NCBI GenBank assembly: GCA_934120395.1
Contig: CAKOTZ010000006.1
Span: 16,914-80,913, forward strand
Origin: an uncultured Clostridia bacterium
GTDB lineage: Bacteria > Bacillota > Clostridia > TANB77 > CAG-508
Length of the DNA: 64,000 nucleotides
Reading direction: 5' to 3'
Positions 10,552 through 20,532 of the stretch are shown here, piece by piece (position 1 is the stretch's first letter; each line of letters opens with the position of its first letter). A program made the position numbers and the translations under genes. The notes under the pieces are model-generated. The model worked only from the letters and a program-made list of their open reading frames with translations. It had not been told where the DNA came from and made no database searches.

Positions 10552-11100
10552 TCAGTATCTTTCAATCTGGACAGCTGTAATATAATTGCGGCTGAATACG
10601 CCTTTTACAAAGCGATAACCATCAATTTTATTGCAGAGACTTTTGAATGCACTGTATTCAGCATTTGAAGAACAAGGAACTTCATGGATGCCATAATCGC
10701 TTGCAGAATTTGATAATTTCTGCAAGCATGCATACTGACTATCAGTCAGTGTGTTTGCAAAACTACGAAATTCGTTAGCTGATGCAGTACTTAAATTAAT
10801 GCTTCTAGAAGCTCGAGCATTTCTTCTTGCTTCACGAATTTCTGCACGTTTATCATTGTAGTAGTCTTTTTGAACTCCACGATGAAAATCGTAAAAATCT
10901 CGCTGAGAATTACGAACATACCTGCGAAATTCGTTGAACATGTCATCCAAAATTCTATCCATTCTAGAGGACCGTGCGTAAGCAGTTGAACATTCAAACG
11001 CAATATTATTAGTATTAACGTTTGAGAAAGCAGCTACTGTACCTGTAATCATTAAAATTGCCATTACCCGGATACTAATTTTCTTTAAAGTTGCTAACAT
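10552..11100 (-). CDS. secreted hypothetical protein, Arg-rich, atypical codon usage
   Basis: RBS aaaggagtg. Signal-like N-terminus MLATLKKISIRVMAILMITGTVAAF. Uses CGN Arg codons including two zero-frame CGG. Looks more GC-rich than its neighbours. Confidence 0.5.
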   Translation of the reverse strand: MLATLKKISIRVMAILMITGTVAAFSNVNTNNIAFECSTAYARSSRMDRILDDMFNEFRRYVRNSQRDFYDFHRGVQKDYYNDKRAEIREARRNARASRSINLSTASANEFRSFANTLTDSQYACLQKLSNSASDYGIHEVPCSSNAEYSAFKSLCNKIDGYRFVKGVFSRNYITAVQIERY

Positions 11101-11208
11101 GATGACCACTCCTTTTCATGTAAATAAAAATTCAATTACCTATATTATACAGCAAAACGCTTAAAAATTCAACAATTTACGCAAAAATATAAAAATAGAT
11201 AAAAATAA

Positions 11209-11237
11209 TTGATTTTTATAAAAAAGTACGTTATAAT
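11209..11237 (+). promoter_or_regulatory. sigma-A type promoter of the pilin operon
   Basis: TTGATT (11209-11214), 17-nt spacer, TATAAT (11232-11237). Confidence 0.5.
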
Positions 11238-11288
11238 TATTTTATGATAGTGTTAAAAATAATGTGAAAATAAAAAGGAGGAAATAAT

Positions 11289-11657
11289 ATGACAAAGAAT
11301 GCAACAAAAATAATTATGGCTGTCATGCTTGCCATGGTAGTGTTTACAATGGTAGCTCCGGTATATGCAATTGATCCACATGACATTGAAACTCAAATAA
11401 AGACAGATGGAACAGCTGCAGACAAAACAAAAGAAATATCAGGACAAATCATTGGTATAGTTCAAATTGTTGGTACAGCAATTGCCGTTATTATGTTAGT
11501 AGTTTTGGGAATTAAATATGTAGTTGCAGCTCCAAACGAAAAAGCCGAAATAAAGAAATCAGCTCTTATTTATGTTATAGCTGCGGTATTCTTATTTGCA
11601 GCGGTTCAAATATTAGCTGTTATTCAAGACTTTTCAAAAGATGCTTTTGGTGAATAA
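11289..11657 (+). CDS. VirB2/TrbC-like pilin paralog 1
   Basis: Signal peptide ending VYA, then two TM helices joined by the loop GIKYVVAAPNEKAEIKK. Confidence 0.6.
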   Translation: MTKNATKIIMAVMLAMVVFTMVAPVYAIDPHDIETQIKTDGTAADKTKEISGQIIGIVQIVGTAIAVIMLVVLGIKYVVAAPNEKAEIKKSALIYVIAAVFLFAAVQILAVIQDFSKDAFGE

Positions 11658-11664
11658 TCAAAAG

Positions 11665-11701
11665 AATTCAATAGGCACGGTTAAGCCGTGCTTATTGAAT
11701 T
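11665..11701 (+). promoter_or_regulatory. 16-bp stem-loop between pilin genes 1 and 2 (attenuator or RNA-stabilising element)
   Basis: aattcaataggcacgg ttaag ccgtgcttattgaatt (one G-U pair). No strong U-tract. Confidence 0.45.
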
Positions 11702-11723
11702 TATAAGCAAAGGAGGAAAATAT

Positions 11724-12107
11724 ATGAAAAACAATATAGTGAAAATTGTTTTTGTACTATTAATGGCTATAGCTATTGCAGGAATAATTGGAACAACAGT
11801 ATTTGCAGATGGAACTGCTGTTGGTGTAATAAAAAATTTTAATCCAAATGTTAGCTCCTCAGCAGCTACATCAGTAACAAAAGTTGGAGAAAATGTGGTT
11901 GGTATAATACAAGTAGTTGGAACAATGATAGCCATTGCAATGTTATTGTTACTTGCAATGAAATATCTAAGGGCATCTCCAGAAGGAAAAGGACAGATTA
12001 AAGAAACTGCAGTTATATACATAGTTGGAGCAGTTGTTTTATTTGCAGCTGTAAATATTGTAAAAATTATTTATCAATTTTCAACAGATGCTGTCACAGC
12101 CCCATAA
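11724..12107 (+). CDS. VirB2/TrbC-like pilin paralog 2
   Basis: Start moved to the ATG after aaaggagga. Signal peptide ends VFA. Loop AMKYLRASPEGKGQIKE lies between two TM helices. Confidence 0.6.
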   Translation: MKNNIVKIVFVLLMAIAIAGIIGTTVFADGTAVGVIKNFNPNVSSSAATSVTKVGENVVGIIQVVGTMIAIAMLLLLAMKYLRASPEGKGQIKETAVIYIVGAVVLFAAVNIVKIIYQFSTDAVTAP

Positions 12108-12122
12108 GAGAGGTGAAGTATT

Positions 12123-12482
12123 ATGAATAAAAAAATATCAACAATTATTTTAACAGTTATGTTTATGTTGTTAATATTCACAGTGCCAGTATTTGCAAAT
12201 CCACCAGGCTCATCAAAAATGCAAGGCATTAGTAATGTTTCACAAGGGAATTCACAACTTACAAGAGTAGGAAACAATATAATTGGTGTTATATACACTG
12301 TTGGAATAGTAGTATCTATAGCCGCTTTGTCAATTATAGGTATTAAATATATGATATCAAGCCCAGATGCGAGAGCATCGCTAAAAGAAAGAGCAGTGCC
12401 ATATATAATAGGAGCGGTTCTAACCTTTGGAGCCGTAAATGTTATGGCGATTATAGCAAGTATGGCAGACTGGATAAAGTAA
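12123..12482 (+). CDS. VirB2/TrbC-like pilin paralog 3
   Basis: Signal peptide ends VFA. Loop GIKYMISSPDARASLKE lies between two TM helices. Confidence 0.6.
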   Translation: MNKKISTIILTVMFMLLIFTVPVFANPPGSSKMQGISNVSQGNSQLTRVGNNIIGVIYTVGIVVSIAALSIIGIKYMISSPDARASLKERAVPYIIGAVLTFGAVNVMAIIASMADWIK

Positions 12483-12483
12483 A

Positions 12484-12529
12484 ATGACAAATAAAAATGC
12501 GCAAAACAATGCGTATTTTTATTTGTCAT
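12484..12529 (+). terminator. 19-bp hairpin terminator after pilin 3
   Basis: atgacaaataaaaatgcgc ... gcgtatttttatttgtcat followed by ttttg. Confidence 0.65.
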
Positions 12530-12755
12530 TTTTGCATATATAAAAAACAGATAAAATACAAAAAACCCTAAGGTTTTTAAAAACTCGTCATATATTTGTA
12601 ATATTACAGAAAGATAACATTTTGAATAAATGGGTATTTTATTGGCTCTTTATGTTGAAATATACGCAAAAATAAAGTATAATTAAAAAGTAAAGATACA
12701 TAAAAAGCATATAAAAATATTTAATAAACTTGATGAAGGAAAAGGAGAGAAAATA

Positions 12756-13148
12756 ATGAATAAGTTACTAAAAATTATTCCATTAGTAGTATTAGTACTT
12801 ATGCTAGCGTTACCAGTAAAATCTGAAGCATTTCCTACTTTTGATGAAATGCAATCACAAGCTAGTAGTTGGCTACAAAAGGGAAAAGGGCAAGGTGGTA
12901 AAGCTGTAAGTGAAGATGACATTGCTAGCATAATGTTACCAATTGGACAGTTCTTAGTTGGTATAGGAGCTGTAGTTTTAATTTCTGTAACTATTATAAT
13001 GGGTATAAAATATATGACTGCAGAACCAAATGCTAGAGCTAAATTAAAACAACAATTTGTTGGATTAGTAGTTTCAACAATTGTTATATTTGGAGCCTAT
13101 AGTATATGGATAATAGTATATAACTTTATGGATGAACTAGTAAAATAA
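12756..13148 (+). CDS. VirB2/TrbC-like pilin paralog 4
   Basis: Signal peptide ends SEA. Loop GIKYMTAEPNARAKLKQ lies between two TM helices. Confidence 0.6.
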   Translation: MNKLLKIIPLVVLVLMLALPVKSEAFPTFDEMQSQASSWLQKGKGQGGKAVSEDDIASIMLPIGQFLVGIGAVVLISVTIIMGIKYMTAEPNARAKLKQQFVGLVVSTIVIFGAYSIWIIVYNFMDELVK

Positions 13149-13182
13149 TAGAAAGTCATATAAATACAAAGGAGGGAATTAC

Positions 13183-13518
13183 ATGGGAACATACTATATA
13201 CCACGTAATCTAAGAGGAGAAACTAGAATATTGTATATTTTTACTGTAAAGTCATTAATATCAACAGTAGCAGGAGGAGCAGTTGGCTTAATATTTTACC
13301 TTATCTTTTCTGTAATGGGAATAGGAACTGCTGGAATGATTACAATGGGAGTTTGTGCGTTAATTGGATTTTTAATTGGAACAGTAAAAATACCAACAGT
13401 AGCAGGTTTACCATTTACTAAAAAAATAGGTGGAGAGCCACTTAGCGAAATTATAAAAAGATATATCAAATTCAAAATGAACAGAAAAATATATGTTTAT
13501 ACAAAGGAGGAAAAGTAA
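13183..13518 (+). CDS. PrgI/VirB3-like small membrane protein
   Basis: 111 aa. YIPRNLRGETRILYIFTVKSL followed by two TM helices. Sits upstream of VirB4. Confidence 0.55.
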   Translation: MGTYYIPRNLRGETRILYIFTVKSLISTVAGGAVGLIFYLIFSVMGIGTAGMITMGVCALIGFLIGTVKIPTVAGLPFTKKIGGEPLSEIIKRYIKFKMNRKIYVYTKEEK

Positions 13519-13519
13519 T

Positions 13520-14854
13520 ATGAACAGTGCTATCAATATGTTAAATATAGTGTTAGTAATTTTGGTTTTCATTATTTTAGCTTTAGGACTTGCTTATTTT
13601 TATATATCATATCGTAATAAGAACAAATCAAAGGAAGAAATAAGAGCTGCTGAAAAAGGAAATAAAAGCACAGATTACGTGTCTCCTGTTCAAGGAAATT
13701 TAACAAAAGAATCTATATATAAGTTTATGGAATTTGATGAAATAAAGGACAATATGATTATTCGTAAAAATAGAGAGCAATATGTAATGGTAATCCAATG
13801 CCAAGGTGTTAACTATGACTTGTTATCAGAACAAGAAAAAATCGCTGTAGAAGAAGGGTTTGTACAATTTTTAAACACATTGCGCTTTCAAGTACAGTTA
13901 TATGTACAAACAAGAAGTTTAAATTTAAGGGAAATAATTGAAGGATATAAAGGTAGAGTAAAAAACCTAGAACAAGAAGTTGAGCAAATTAGAAGTAAAA
14001 TAAGAGTAGCTGCTAACAGTGGAAATTTACAAGCATTAGAAAAGCTAAGATATGAGGAAAGAAGAAAAGTTAATATTCTAGAATATGGGGCTGATATTTC
14101 AGAATATATAAGTAGAATGAGCTTAAATAAAAATGTATTGCAACAAAAAACCTACATAGTTATTTCATATTTTGCAAATGAACTAGGAAATATTTCTAAT
14201 TACTCAAAATCTGAAATAGATAATATGTGTTTTTCAGAATTATATACAAGGGCGCAATCTGTTATTCGTTCATTAGCATCTTGCGAAGTTAGCGGAAGAA
14301 TATTAAATTCAGAAGAATTGGCAGAATTGCTATACATTGCATACAACAGAGATGATGCAGAATTATTACAATTATCTAAAGCTCTAGATGCAGAATATGA
14401 TGCATTATATAGTACTGCAAAAGATGTATTACAGAAAAAAGAAGAGATGATTGAAAAACAATTAGATGAGGAAGCGGTTGAACTTGCAACAAAAAGTATT
14501 ATGTCTGTTGATGAACAAATGGAACAAGAAAGACTAGAAAAGGCAAAACGAGAAAGAAAAGTAAAACAAAAGGCAGTAAAACTCGTAAATGAATATAGGG
14601 ATCAATTAGAAGATAAAGTATATGAAAGAGTTATTGAAGAAGTAACAGGAAAAAAACAAGAAATAAGTCAGGAAGATGAGCTAGAAAGCGAATATGAAGA
14701 GGCTGTTGAAAAAGCAAAAGAAATAAGAGAGGAAACTGAAAAACCAAAACGAAAAAGAAGAACAAAGAAAGAAATGGAAGAAGCAAAAAAACTTGATGAA
14801 GAAAAGGAAACAGCACCAAAGAAAAGAGGAAGACCAAGGAAAACAGAAGAATAG
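13520..14854 (+). CDS. membrane-anchored coiled-coil protein with Lys/Glu-rich tail and AT-hook-like motif
   Basis: One N-terminal TM helix. The central region resembles the non-ATPase N-terminal part of VirB4 proteins (my inference only). C-terminus PKKRGRPRKTEE. Confidence 0.45.
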   Translation: MNSAINMLNIVLVILVFIILALGLAYFYISYRNKNKSKEEIRAAEKGNKSTDYVSPVQGNLTKESIYKFMEFDEIKDNMIIRKNREQYVMVIQCQGVNYDLLSEQEKIAVEEGFVQFLNTLRFQVQLYVQTRSLNLREIIEGYKGRVKNLEQEVEQIRSKIRVAANSGNLQALEKLRYEERRKVNILEYGADISEYISRMSLNKNVLQQKTYIVISYFANELGNISNYSKSEIDNMCFSELYTRAQSVIRSLASCEVSGRILNSEELAELLYIAYNRDDAELLQLSKALDAEYDALYSTAKDVLQKKEEMIEKQLDEEAVELATKSIMSVDEQMEQERLEKAKRERKVKQKAVKLVNEYRDQLEDKVYERVIEEVTGKKQEISQEDELESEYEEAVEKAKEIREETEKPKRKRRTKKEMEEAKKLDEEKETAPKKRGRPRKTEE

Positions 14855-14876
14855 GCAAAAATAGGAGGAAGGTTTT

Positions 14877-16850
14877 ATGTTTAAGAAGAAAAACAAAAAA
14901 GTACAAGAAGAACAAATTGCAAAAACTGAATATAAAAAAGAAGACTTCATAAAAGAAAATGTAAAGAACATAAAAGATTTAATTGCGCCAGCAGGTATAA
15001 ATGCTGGAAATGTTAATCATTTGGAAATCGTTTCAAACACTACAAGATATGCTAGAACTATGATTGTAGGAACAATTCCGAGAATGTGTACTTTCCCAGA
15101 ATTTTTAAGAAGCATGTATACATTTGGAGATATAAATGTATCTGTATTTATTAACCCAATTAGTGAAAGTACATCACAAACAGAATTGAACAGAACAATT
15201 AATGAATTAGAGTCAGAAAGAATTGTTGCTATTGATAGGGGAGATATAAACAGGGAGAGAATATTAGCACAAAAAAGAGCAGAAGCAGAAGAACTGAGAG
15301 ATGAAATTGCAAGTGGATTTAACAAGTTATTTGAATCTTCTATTATGTGTACTTTGTTTGCATACAGTTTAGAAGAATTAGATAAATATACCGAATTGCT
15401 TGCATCTGAAATGTCAAAAACATTAATAGGAGTTAAACCTGCATGGGCAATGCAAGATGAAGCCTTTCGTAGCAATCTACCATTTGGTGAAAATAAGATA
15501 AATAAAAAACACAGTTTTGATAGAAGATCAATGTCAACTGTTTTTCCATTCTTTACATCAGATGTTGGACATGACAGAGGAATTCCATTAGCGTTTAACA
15601 GACAAACTGGCTTGCCAATTTTATTTGATAATTTCAGTCCAACACTTTCTAATTATAACATGGTTGTTTTTGGAAAGTCTGGTGCTGGTAAAGGTGTTAC
15701 AATAAAAACGTTAACAGCACGTTCTTCAGTATTAATGGGGATAGAAAGTTTAGCTCTTGATGCTGAAGGTGAGTATGGAGTTGTTGCGGAGGCATTAGGT
15801 GGAATCAATGTTACTATAAGTCCAACATCAAAAACAGTTATAAACCTATTTGATTTGGAACCTGAGATAGTAAAGGATGAAATAACAGGTAAAGAAAGAA
15901 CAATATTAAGTGTTGAAAACAAGGTGGAGGACGTTACACAGGCTTTACTTACAATGGCAAGAGGTAGTACAAGAAGTCAGGAAGTAAACGAACTTACAAA
16001 ACAAATTATTGCTGAAGCTGTAGCAGAAGAATATGCCGCACTTGGAATTAACAATAATTTGGAAAGCTTATACATAAATGAAGGTCCAATTGTAAATAAA
16101 GATTATTTAGGTAGACCAAAAAAGGAAATGCCAACAATTGGTTCATGGTATAAAAGAATAGTTAAAAATGCTGAAAACAATACGAACCAAGATTATCGTT
16201 TTCATTATAGCTATTTGATTAAAGTTATGAAACAATATGTTAGAGAATATGAAGGTCAAATGGCATATTTTGATGGACAATCTACTTTTGAATTGCTAGA
16301 TGGTGTACCATTTATAAATTTGGATATATCAAATCTAGAAGAGCGTTTTGCAAGACCACTTGCACAACAAATACTTCTTTCATGGATTTGGGAAAAATAT
16401 GTTAAAAAGAATAGTGAGGACAAAGAAAAAGCCGTACAAAAAAGAGTACTAGTCGATGAAGCGTGGATGTTGCTTCCTTATCCAGAAGCGGTAGACTTCT
16501 TAAATACAATGGCAAGACGTGCTAGAAAAAGAAATGTTTCACTTGCAGTTGTTTCACAGAAGTTTCAAGACTTTTATGAGAAACCAGAAGTACAAGCTGT
16601 ACTTACATCATCAGATACAAAATTATTCCTAGCACAGGACAAATCAGAAATTGATTATATAAAAGAAGTATTTAAGCTAAGCGAAGGAGAAGCATATTTC
16701 TTAACAACCTGTAGTAGAGGTGAAGGACTATTAAAAGTTGGAGATGACACAGCGATAATTGCAATAAAGCCAACAAAGAAGGAGTTTGAATTTGTTGATA
16801 CAAACTTAAACAATTTAGCAAAAAAACAAGAGAGAAAAGTAAGAAGATAA
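14877..16850 (+). CDS. virB4: VirB4-family type IV secretion ATPase
   Basis: 657 aa. Walker A VFGKSGAGKGVT, Walker B RVLVDEAWML, and a typical VirB4 N-terminal domain. Confidence 0.85.
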   Translation: MFKKKNKKVQEEQIAKTEYKKEDFIKENVKNIKDLIAPAGINAGNVNHLEIVSNTTRYARTMIVGTIPRMCTFPEFLRSMYTFGDINVSVFINPISESTSQTELNRTINELESERIVAIDRGDINRERILAQKRAEAEELRDEIASGFNKLFESSIMCTLFAYSLEELDKYTELLASEMSKTLIGVKPAWAMQDEAFRSNLPFGENKINKKHSFDRRSMSTVFPFFTSDVGHDRGIPLAFNRQTGLPILFDNFSPTLSNYNMVVFGKSGAGKGVTIKTLTARSSVLMGIESLALDAEGEYGVVAEALGGINVTISPTSKTVINLFDLEPEIVKDEITGKERTILSVENKVEDVTQALLTMARGSTRSQEVNELTKQIIAEAVAEEYAALGINNNLESLYINEGPIVNKDYLGRPKKEMPTIGSWYKRIVKNAENNTNQDYRFHYSYLIKVMKQYVREYEGQMAYFDGQSTFELLDGVPFINLDISNLEERFARPLAQQILLSWIWEKYVKKNSEDKEKAVQKRVLVDEAWMLLPYPEAVDFLNTMARRARKRNVSLAVVSQKFQDFYEKPEVQAVLTSSDTKLFLAQDKSEIDYIKEVFKLSEGEAYFLTTCSRGEGLLKVGDDTAIIAIKPTKKEFEFVDTNLNNLAKKQERKVRR

Positions 16851-16875
16851 AAAATAAGTAATGGAAGGTGTGTTT

Positions 16876-18010
16876 ATGAAAAAAAGTATATCAATTATAT
16901 TAATAGCAATAATAATAATGTTAAACACACTATTTCCGTCAAATGTTTATGCAGACAATGAAAATAAGGAAGAAGAAACAAGCACATCACAGTCGTTATT
17001 TCAAAGCCAAGATTTTGATGAAGTAACAAAAGCACGGATTAAATGATGGAACAAACTTGATAGAACAAGGTCAAGCATCAATAAATGGCAAGAATCTACA
17101 ACTAACTGAAAGTGGCAATGTTTTTAAGACTATTGGAATAGGATTAATACAAGTGCTTGGTGGAATTCCGCAAGCAGTCAATGTGTTTTTGTCATTAGTT
17201 GTACAACCATATTATACAAATAATAGCAATAATGGTGAATTTCAGTGGTTTTCAATTCAAGATTTGATATATGGAAAAATAGGATTATTCGATATAAACT
17301 TTTTTAAAATACAAAATAATAGTAGTGGCGATAATATAAATACAACAATAAAAACACAAGTTAGCCAGTGGTATTATGTTGTAAGAAATATAGCTATGAT
17401 AGGAAGCTTACTGGCATTGGTGTATGTAGGAATACGTATGGCAATATCAACAGTTGCTTCTGACCAAGCAAAATATAAGCAGATGTTATTAATGTGGTTA
17501 AAAAGTTTTGTAGTATTGTTTGTACTTCCATACATATTTATATTTATTTTTTCAATTGGAGATGCTTTTATAGATATTGTAAAGCAGGTTGCTCCAAAAG
17601 AAAATTTGGATACAGTTATATTAGAAGCATTATATGGTGATATGAACAAAAATGATATTACAGCATCATTTTGGGCATTTATAAATTTATGTATGCTAAC
17701 ATATTTTAACGTAAAATTTTTTGGAAGATATTTATTCCGTTTATTAAAAATAGCATTTTTAATTATAATATCTCCATTAATAACTGTTACATATGCACTA
17801 GGAAAAGACAGCGCATATAAGGCATGGTTAGGTTCATTAATTGGAGCAATATTTATGCAAGTTGTACATATAGTAGTGTATTCAATATTTATGTTCTCAA
17901 CAGCAGAAATAGTAAAAGCAGTTCCAATTTTAATGACAGCATTCTTTATGGCAATGGAAAAAGGAGAAAGAATATTTAATTACGTATTTGGATTAGAGGA
18001 ACAAGAATAG
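16876..18010 (+). CDS. VirB6/TrbL-like polytopic membrane protein; frame changes +1 at CGG 17035-17037
   Basis: The signal-peptide ORF (MKKSISIILIAIIIMLNTLFPSNVYA...) joins the TM body via TKA|GLNDGTNLIEQGQASING. Paralogous to the core of 18077..20527 (shared WYYV.RN.A....L..VY.GI.MAISTVA). Confidence 0.65.
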
Positions 18011-18076
18011 AGAAACAATAGATAAAATTAACTTTTGTTAATTAAAAATTTTATCGATTAGAGGTTTGGTGAGAAA

Positions 18077-20527
18077 ATGAAAAACAAGTGCATGAAAATA
18101 CTGTCAATAATAGTATTAAGTGTTATTATAATAAATTGCATAGGAAATAGTGTTCAGGCAAGTTTGTTTGGCGATTTGGAAGATTGGTGGAATAAGCAAA
18201 ATGATAAGGCTAATCAAATAAGTGGTGGTGTTGCAGGACAAATACCAACAGGAACACCAACAACAGGTACTGGAACAACAAACAGTGGCGAATCAAATAG
18301 TGGTTCAAGCAGTAACTCTGGCACCAACTCTGGTAGCAGTTCGAGTAGCTCAAACAGTTCAAATAAGGGAACAGATCCAGGTGCAAAAGTGGGTAATGCA
18401 ACAGCTCAGAAGAAGGAACAAGATCTTATAGAAAAAGCAGCAACGGCATCAATTGGAGATGCTGCTGGAACCTTGGTAGATGGTGTAGTTGGAATTTTAA
18501 CAACACTTTTAAGAGTTGAAGTTTTATTGGTAGGATTTGCAGGACAATCACTTGCAACTGTAACAGCTAATAGTGCTGGAACCTTAGAAAATGATATAAT
18601 AAACATAGTAACACCAGACCAAATATTATTTAATCGTTTAGCAATTACAGATATAAACTTTTTTCAAACAGATAGTTTTGGAACAGGTAGTAATAAAAAA
18701 ACTCTAGATGCAAATAGTCCAGTAAAAAGCATACGTGAAGGCGTTGCAACATGGTATTATGTATTAAGAACAATGGCAGTTATAATTTTGCTTTGTATTT
18801 TAGTTTACATAGGAATAAAAATGGCAATATCAACTGTTGCTGAAGAAAAAGCTGTATATAAGCAATGGTTTGTTAATTGGCTTGTAAGTATGGCATTAGT
18901 ATTTGTATTACACTATATTATATTGATAGTTATAAATATCAACAATAGTTTTGTAGATTTGCTATATGGAGTAAGAAATCAAACTCTGGGGCAGAGCGAT
19001 TGGGGAAATTATGTTGCAGGATTAATGTTTAAGGGATTAAATCCATTTTCAGCATTAGGTTCTTGGACAGCAGTATTCGTATATTTAGGAATTGTTATAT
19101 TAACATTTGTTTTCCTAATAATGTACATAAAACGTATGATAACAATAGCCTTTTTAATAATTGTATCGCCAATAATAACAATAACTTATTCGATAGATAA
19201 ATTAAATGACAACAAGTCGCAAGCACTAAATACATGGTTTAGAGAATTTGCAGAAGCGGTATTAATACAGCCATTCCACTGTATAATATATTTAGTATTT
19301 ATTAGCTCTGCAATGTCTTGTATAAAAACATCAGGAACTTTAGCTGCTGGAATATTAGTAGTATTCTGTATGTTCTTTATATTCAAAGCAGAAGGTTTAA
19401 TTAAGAAAATATTTGGAATTAAATCAGAATCTGCTGGAAACGGTATGCAGTCTGCTATTGCTGTATTAGGAACGGTAGGTGCTGCTAAAGACCTTATGGG
19501 AAGAACAAAAGGATTAGTAGGAAAAAGTGCAGGAAGTGCGGCAAAAGCCCCTGGAACAGGTGCAAATACAGCTCCTGTAAATGTTAGCACAAATGCGGTA
19601 AAAACAAGCAATATGGCTGAACAAAACATGAAAAATGCGGATAATGTAAATATAGGCAGTGTTCAAAATATGAATGCGAATATACAGTCTGTTGGTGTGG
19701 CTAATTCTGGAGTAACAAATGTCTATGATTCAGAAAGATTAGCAACAATACATGCTGGAGGAATGAATACACAAACAGATTATGATTATCTAATGGGACA
19801 ACAAAGCGGTGCTAGTGAAAATGGTAAAAATAGCAATGAAAATTATACAATCGGTTCAGGAAATGGACTATCTAATGAAAGCATGCCAAATAAAAACGAA
19901 AATGCAAGTAATTTAACACCGGGAATTCACACTAGTGAGATTCCAGATGTAGGAGAAAATGCAGCAACTAATCCGAAGGAAAGAACTATTCCACAAAAAG
20001 CATTACATTTGGCTAAAATGGCAGGTGGAGCAGTTTGGAAGGCAAATAAAGCTGTTGCAGGCGCAGGAATGGCATCTGGTGTTACAGCTGCAGCAATGGC
20101 CAGCGTAGCTGGAAAAGATGTAGGAGAAATGATTGCAGCTGGATATACAGGATATCAAGCTGGAAAGGCAGCGAAGGAAACATTCGAAAACTTAAAAGAA
20201 CAAGGTGGAGATGCTTTAGCAAACTACATGAAGATAAGAAAGAATAATAATTCAGAAAGCTCAAATGCATCAAGTTCTACAACATCTAATAATCAACAAA
20301 GCAGTACGAGTAATGTAGATAGAAGAAAAAATAATAACAATACAAAAACGGCATCTAAGCCAGTAGCATCACAAGCAAAACCAATTTTTCATCCAGATAC
20401 GGAAGGAAAAAGTAGGGATAAAAGAAATAATGTAGTACAAACCCATGATGTAGGAGACAATGGTGAATTAAAGCAAAAGATGGAAGATGTATATAGTTCA
20501 CTAATGAATAATAATAACGGTGAATAA
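18077..20527 (+). CDS. large VirB6/TrbL-like membrane protein with Ser/Gly/Asn-rich extensions
   Basis: 816 aa. Signal peptide, low-complexity STGN region, multi-TM core homologous to the previous gene, and a long low-complexity C-terminus. Confidence 0.6.
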   Translation: MKNKCMKILSIIVLSVIIINCIGNSVQASLFGDLEDWWNKQNDKANQISGGVAGQIPTGTPTTGTGTTNSGESNSGSSSNSGTNSGSSSSSSNSSNKGTDPGAKVGNATAQKKEQDLIEKAATASIGDAAGTLVDGVVGILTTLLRVEVLLVGFAGQSLATVTANSAGTLENDIINIVTPDQILFNRLAITDINFFQTDSFGTGSNKKTLDANSPVKSIREGVATWYYVLRTMAVIILLCILVYIGIKMAISTVAEEKAVYKQWFVNWLVSMALVFVLHYIILIVININNSFVDLLYGVRNQTLGQSDWGNYVAGLMFKGLNPFSALGSWTAVFVYLGIVILTFVFLIMYIKRMITIAFLIIVSPIITITYSIDKLNDNKSQALNTWFREFAEAVLIQPFHCIIYLVFISSAMSCIKTSGTLAAGILVVFCMFFIFKAEGLIKKIFGIKSESAGNGMQSAIAVLGTVGAAKDLMGRTKGLVGKSAGSAAKAPGTGANTAPVNVSTNAVKTSNMAEQNMKNADNVNIGSVQNMNANIQSVGVANSGVTNVYDSERLATIHAGGMNTQTDYDYLMGQQSGASENGKNSNENYTIGSGNGLSNESMPNKNENASNLTPGIHTSEIPDVGENAATNPKERTIPQKALHLAKMAGGAVWKANKAVAGAGMASGVTAAAMASVAGKDVGEMIAAGYTGYQAGKAAKETFENLKEQGGDALANYMKIRKNNNSESSNASSSTTSNNQQSSTSNVDRRKNNNNTKTASKPVASQAKPIFHPDTEGKSRDKRNNVVQTHDVGDNGELKQKMEDVYSSLMNNNNGE

Positions 20528-20532
20528 GGCAG

